From Alphaproteobacteria bacterium (GTDB taxonomy: Bacteria; Pseudomonadota; Alphaproteobacteria; UBA8366; CAVOAK01), in contig CAXXSU010000008.1 of NCBI GenBank assembly GCA_963664465.2, positions 2,070-66,069 on the forward strand: DNA of 64,000 nt, in the 5' to 3' direction. The notes below the pieces were generated by a model. That model saw only the letters and a list, made by a program, of their open reading frames with translations, had not been told where the DNA came from and did no database searches. Shown here piece by piece: positions 60,360 through 64,000 of this stretch; positions within the stretch are counted from its first letter, which is position 1, and the number at the start of each line of letters is the position of its first letter. A program made the translations under genes and the position numbers.

Positions 60360-60728
60360 ATGACCGATCCATTTGCTGTTGAGCGAGTCGAAAGCGAGCG
60401 CGCGATTACCGTCTCGGTAAACGCCGTCAAGCGCATCGAGGCGATCCTCGAATCCGAGGAGGCGCCGAACCAGGCATTGCGCGTGACCGTGTCCGGCGGC
60501 GGATGTTCCGGCTACCAGTACGGTTTTAAACTCGACGACACGGTGGCGGAGGATGATCGCGTCTTCGAGCGCGACGGCGTCAAGGTAATCGTCGACGATA
60601 TCTCGCTCGATCTTCTGGCGGGGTCGGAAATCGATTATGTCGACGACCTCATCGGGTCGTATTTCCAGGTGCGCAACCCGAACGCCACCGCTTCCTGTGG
60701 CTGCGGCACATCATTCGCAATCGGCTAG
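60360..60728 (+). CDS. erpA: iron-sulfur cluster insertion protein (HesB/IscA family, ErpA-like)
   Basis: LRVTVSGGGCSGYQYGF and C-terminal NPNATASCGCGTSF Cys ligands. 122 aa. Confidence 0.85.
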   Translation: MTDPFAVERVESERAITVSVNAVKRIEAILESEEAPNQALRVTVSGGGCSGYQYGFKLDDTVAEDDRVFERDGVKVIVDDISLDLLAGSEIDYVDDLIGSYFQVRNPNATASCGCGTSFAIG

Positions 60729-60752
60729 CCGTCAATTTCACAAGTCGAAACG

Positions 60753-60775
60753 GGCCCGCTTCGCGCGGGCCTTTT
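60753..60775 (+). terminator. rho-independent terminator after erpA
   Basis: ggcccgc-ttcgc-gcgggcc followed by tttt, 25 nt after the stop. Confidence 0.75.
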
Positions 60776-60827
60776 GCGTTGTTATAGTAGCGATTCAGAA
60801 TTGCACAGACCCCATGGAGTGCCCGCG

Positions 60828-61607
60828 ATGAAGATCGCTACGTTCAATGTGAACTCGGTCAAAGCCCGCCTGCCGCGGGTCATCGAATGGCTTATCGAGG
60901 CGGCCCCGGATGTAGCGCTCCTGCAAGAAATCAAAACCCAAACCAAAGCGTTTCCTTACTTGGAAATCGAAGCTCTGGGCTACAACACGGCGATTTTTGG
61001 CCAGAAATCCTATAACGGCGTCGCCATCCTATCGAAACGGCCGATCGAAGACGTGCAGGAGGGGCTGCCCGGTGACCCGAGCGACGACCAGGCCCGCTAC
61101 CTTGAGGCAACGGTCGATGGCTTGCGGGTCGCTTCGATCTACCTGCCGAACGGCAACCCCGTCGAATCCGACAAATATCCATACAAATTGGCCTGGATGG
61201 AGCGCCTGATTGCCCATGTGAGCGAGACGTTGCTGCCATCAGAACAACCCTTTGCGCTTGGCGGCGACTACAACGTCATTCCCGCCGACGGCGATGTTTA
61301 CGATCCGGCTGGCTGGGCTGACGATGCCCTGTGCCGCCCGGATACAAGGGCAAATTTCCGCGCCCTTCTGCATCTTGGACTGACCGAGGCGTGGCGGGCC
61401 CTCCATGGGGAAATTGGCGAATACAGTTTTTGGGATTACCAGCGTGGCCGCTGGCCGCGCGACGAAGGTCTGCGCATCGACCACTTTCTGCTCTCTCCGC
61501 ATGCTGCCGACCGCCTGGTCGCTTGCGAGATCGACCGCACACCACGCGGCAAGGAGAAGGCTTCCGACCACACCCCGGTTTGGTGTGAGATTGCCGACGC
61601 GGCGTAG
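60828..61607 (+). CDS. xthA: exodeoxyribonuclease III
   Basis: MKIATFNVNSVKARL.., LLQEIK, IYLPNGNP, GDYNVIP, SDHTPVW catalytic blocks. 259 aa from ATG 60828. Confidence 0.92.
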   Translation: MKIATFNVNSVKARLPRVIEWLIEAAPDVALLQEIKTQTKAFPYLEIEALGYNTAIFGQKSYNGVAILSKRPIEDVQEGLPGDPSDDQARYLEATVDGLRVASIYLPNGNPVESDKYPYKLAWMERLIAHVSETLLPSEQPFALGGDYNVIPADGDVYDPAGWADDALCRPDTRANFRALLHLGLTEAWRALHGEIGEYSFWDYQRGRWPRDEGLRIDHFLLSPHAADRLVACEIDRTPRGKEKASDHTPVWCEIADAA

Positions 61608-61627
61608 CGGCGCCAGCGTGTGGCATT

Positions 61628-63127
61628 TCAGGCCGCGCCTGGCCGCAGCCGAACGCCTGGACGCAACTTGCGAAAGTCAAGCTTAGCGGGATCGGCATGG
61701 CAAGGACCCGGCGCCTCGACGAGGATGATATGCTCGGCAATCGGCTGGAAATCGGCACGGAAATGCACCGAACTCTTCAGGACCAGAATAGATTCCCGCT
61801 CTGGCTCGATTCCCAAATGGCGGAATATCGACTGATCCGCCGCTTGCATTTTCACTGAGCTCACGACAATGCGCACGCCGGCGATTTCCAGGAGTGCCAT
61901 CGGTCCAAGATCTATCCGCGCACCTAAATACATCGGACCGGTTGCCGTAAAGCGGCCATCGCCCAGCTTCAGCACCCTGAATTCGCCTTCAACCGGCCGC
62001 GACCCTGCAACCTTTGATTTCGCGCCGAGCGAAGTCGAGATCAGTGCGCCTTCGCCGCCTTCATGCGCCAGGGCCGCGACCTGCGGATCCCACAGCGTGG
62101 CGATAACAGCGCCCGCCGCGCCGCCACGAATCAACGCCTCCAATAACCCGGTCGTGTCCGACGGACCGCCGCCGCCCGGGTTGTCCTGAGTATCGGCGAG
62201 AACGACCGGGCGATGCGCATGCTCCGACCGGCGCAAAGCCTCGGTCACCGCTTCATCCGTCGCCAGCAATATTCCGTCAAAGTCCGCCTCGCGGGCCGTC
62301 AATGTCTCGGCCATGGCGTCAGCCGCGGACTCCGTCGCCACGCGGTCCGTTCCGTAGGCGAGCACGGCGGGACCGGCCTCGGCGATATCGGCAAGCGGAA
62401 AACCCATCGCCAGCGATAAGGTGCATAGGCCGTCTGCCGCTGCCTCGGATTCGAGTTCCGCCCGCCGGGCATAAAGCGACAGCGCGGGGTCGACGAGCGT
62501 ACAACCCCAATTGAGTGGCACCAGGAAATCCGGCTTGCGGAACGCCTTGTGATAGCGCTCCGCACGGTTAAGTAAATCGTCCAAATGCGTCGCCGCGCGT
62601 CGGCCCGTTTCAACCATGTCGACATGCGGATAAGTGCGGAAGACATCGAGCACGTCGCTCAGCGCAAACATGCCCTGCGTGATGTTGGTGTGAAGGTCGA
62701 GGCTCGCTGAGATCGGGATGTCGGCACCGACGAGCGTGCGTATTCTGCGCAGCAACTCTCCTTCACCGTCCTCCAGATGCTCGGCCACCATCGCACCATG
62801 GAGGCAGAGATAGATGCCGTCGACCGGCAGTGCCTGATCGAGCTCGTCCAGCATCATGGCGACGATTCGTTCGTAGGCGTCCTGCGTGACATGAGCCGAG
62901 GGAACCGCCGAGCACCAAGACAATGGCGCCAACTCATGACCGCGGTCGCGCAATTCGGTGACCGCCCCCATTATCGGCAGGCTTACGCCGTCGATCGCCG
63001 CGAACAACGCATCTCCGCGGGTGAGCGCTGGATGGGCATCGGCCTGCTCGAAATCCCGAAAGGTCGCCTTCAGGGGCGCGAACGTGTTGGTTTCGTGATG
63101 AAACCCGCCGACAGCGATGCGCGCCAC
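61628..63127 (-). CDS. M81 family metallopeptidase (MlrC-like)
   Basis: MARIAVGGFHHETNTFAP N-terminus typical of the MlrC family. 499 aa. Confidence 0.8.
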   Translation of the reverse strand: MARIAVGGFHHETNTFAPLKATFRDFEQADAHPALTRGDALFAAIDGVSLPIMGAVTELRDRGHELAPLSWCSAVPSAHVTQDAYERIVAMMLDELDQALPVDGIYLCLHGAMVAEHLEDGEGELLRRIRTLVGADIPISASLDLHTNITQGMFALSDVLDVFRTYPHVDMVETGRRAATHLDDLLNRAERYHKAFRKPDFLVPLNWGCTLVDPALSLYARRAELESEAAADGLCTLSLAMGFPLADIAEAGPAVLAYGTDRVATESAADAMAETLTAREADFDGILLATDEAVTEALRRSEHAHRPVVLADTQDNPGGGGPSDTTGLLEALIRGGAAGAVIATLWDPQVAALAHEGGEGALISTSLGAKSKVAGSRPVEGEFRVLKLGDGRFTATGPMYLGARIDLGPMALLEIAGVRIVVSSVKMQAADQSIFRHLGIEPERESILVLKSSVHFRADFQPIAEHIILVEAPGPCHADPAKLDFRKLRPGVRLRPGAA

Positions 63128-63167
63128 GGTCTATGCTCTTGCCGAATTCACGCGCAATACGCTCGAT

Positions 63168-64000
63168 TCAAATGTCAGCGTAGACATGAGTTTCCGACTT
63201 CGCGCCGGGATGCGTCACCGCGCCCTTCTCTGCGGTGCCCACGGTTTCGCCGTAGCGCCATAGCGCACCCGACTGGAAATCGTGCCTTCGCGGTGTCCAC
63301 TTCTTCCGACGCGCTGCGAGTTCGCTGCGGCTCAAATCGACCCTGAGCGTGCCCTTCTCCGCATCGATGCGAATCATGTCACCATTGCGCAGCAGCCCAA
63401 TCGGCCCGCCAACGGCCGCTTCGGGGCCCACATGGCCGATGCAAAAGCCACGTGTTGCACCGGAAAAACGGCCGTCGGTGATGAGTGCCACCTTCTCTCC
63501 CATACCGATGCCGTAAAGCGCGGCCGTGGTCGACAGCATCTCGCGCATGCCCGGCCCGCCTTTGGGACCCTCGTAGCGGATGACGAGTACTTCACCCTCC
63601 TTGACCTTGCCGCCGACGACGGCATCAAAACAATCCTCCTCGCAGTCAAAGACACGTGCGGGCCCGGCAAACTGCAGGCGTTCCATGCCGGCGACTTTGA
63701 CGATGCCTCCCTCCGGCGCAAGATTGCCCTTGAGACCAACCACTCCGCCGGTTGGAGAAATCGGCTGCGCGACGCGATAAACGACGTCTTGTCCTTGGGG
63801 AAATTTCACCTTGCTGTGGTTCTGCTCCAGGGTCTTCCCTGTCACCGTCATGCAGTCCCCGTGCAAGTAGCCGCCCTTTAGGAGCTCCTTCATAACCACC
63901 GGAATGCCACCGACCTCCCACAAGTCTTTGGCAACATACTTGCCGCTAGGTTTGAGGTCGGCGATGTAGGGTGTACGTTTGAAGATCGCCGTTACCTCAT
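63168..64000 (-). CDS. IlvD/Edd family dehydratase, C-terminal part (continues beyond the window)
   Basis: [79 protein letters not shown]. The substrate (dihydroxy-acid versus sugar-acid) is not assignable. Confidence 0.85.
   Translation of the reverse strand, partial: EVTAIFKRTPYIADLKPSGKYVAKDLWEVGGIPVVMKELLKGGYLHGDCMTVTGKTLEQNHSKVKFPQGQDVVYRVAQPISPTGGVVGLKGNLAPEGGIVKVAGMERLQFAGPARVFDCEEDCFDAVVGGKVKEGEVLVIRYEGPKGGPGMREMLSTTAALYGIGMGEKVALITDGRFSGATRGFCIGHVGPEAAVGGPIGLLRNGDMIRIDAEKGTLRVDLSRSELAARRKKWTPRRHDFQSGALWRYGETVGTAEKGAVTHPGAKSETHVYADI

Overview
High-GC bacterial chromosome segment whose gene content and synteny look alphaproteobacterial (trmFO, surE-pcm-LysM/M23, serS-tatCBA, yajC-secDF beside an Mth938/NDUFAF3-like gene). 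All calls come from reading the translations and sequence by eye; no searches were run. The window has three zones. (1) 1-6.8 kb is an IS-riddled decay zone. It holds an IS4-family remnant with at least 3 frameshifts, an IS5/IS1182-type element with 4 frameshifts but recognisable inverted repeats, and one intact IS5-family element with 19/21 inverted repeats. These sit among truncated or frameshifted host genes: an ABC substrate-binding protein, an alpha/beta hydrolase, a VOC protein and a MerR-like HTH protein. (2) 6.8-23.7 kb is an accessory metabolic region. It is dominated by a seven-gene minus-strand operon divergent from a LysR gene: two paralogous alpha-only Rieske oxygenases, an MmgE/PrpD protein, a DAO-type flavoprotein, a HyuA/HyuB-type hydantoinase/oxoprolinase pair and a TTC38-like TPR protein. 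An M19 dipeptidase and an MFS transporter with an in-frame TAG lie beside it. I cannot match this layout to a pathway I know, so it is the best candidate here for something undescribed. (3) 23.7-64 kb is conserved housekeeping (coaD, gyrA, ssb, uvrA, trmFO, secDF-yajC, pcm, surE, serS, tatABC, scpAB, nagZ, argS, dgt, erpA, xthA) with a few oddities. A flavoprotein disulfide-reductase gene is broken by a 135-nt tandem duplication that carries a 31-nt stretch identical to the interior of the dead IS at 3.4 kb. An SQS/PSY-fold protein lacking both Asp-rich motifs (NDUFAF6-like) is paired with an HpnE-like flavoprotein. Two tandem paralogous small secreted Cys-containing proteins follow trmFO. I found no rRNA, tRNA or CRISPR array by eye.
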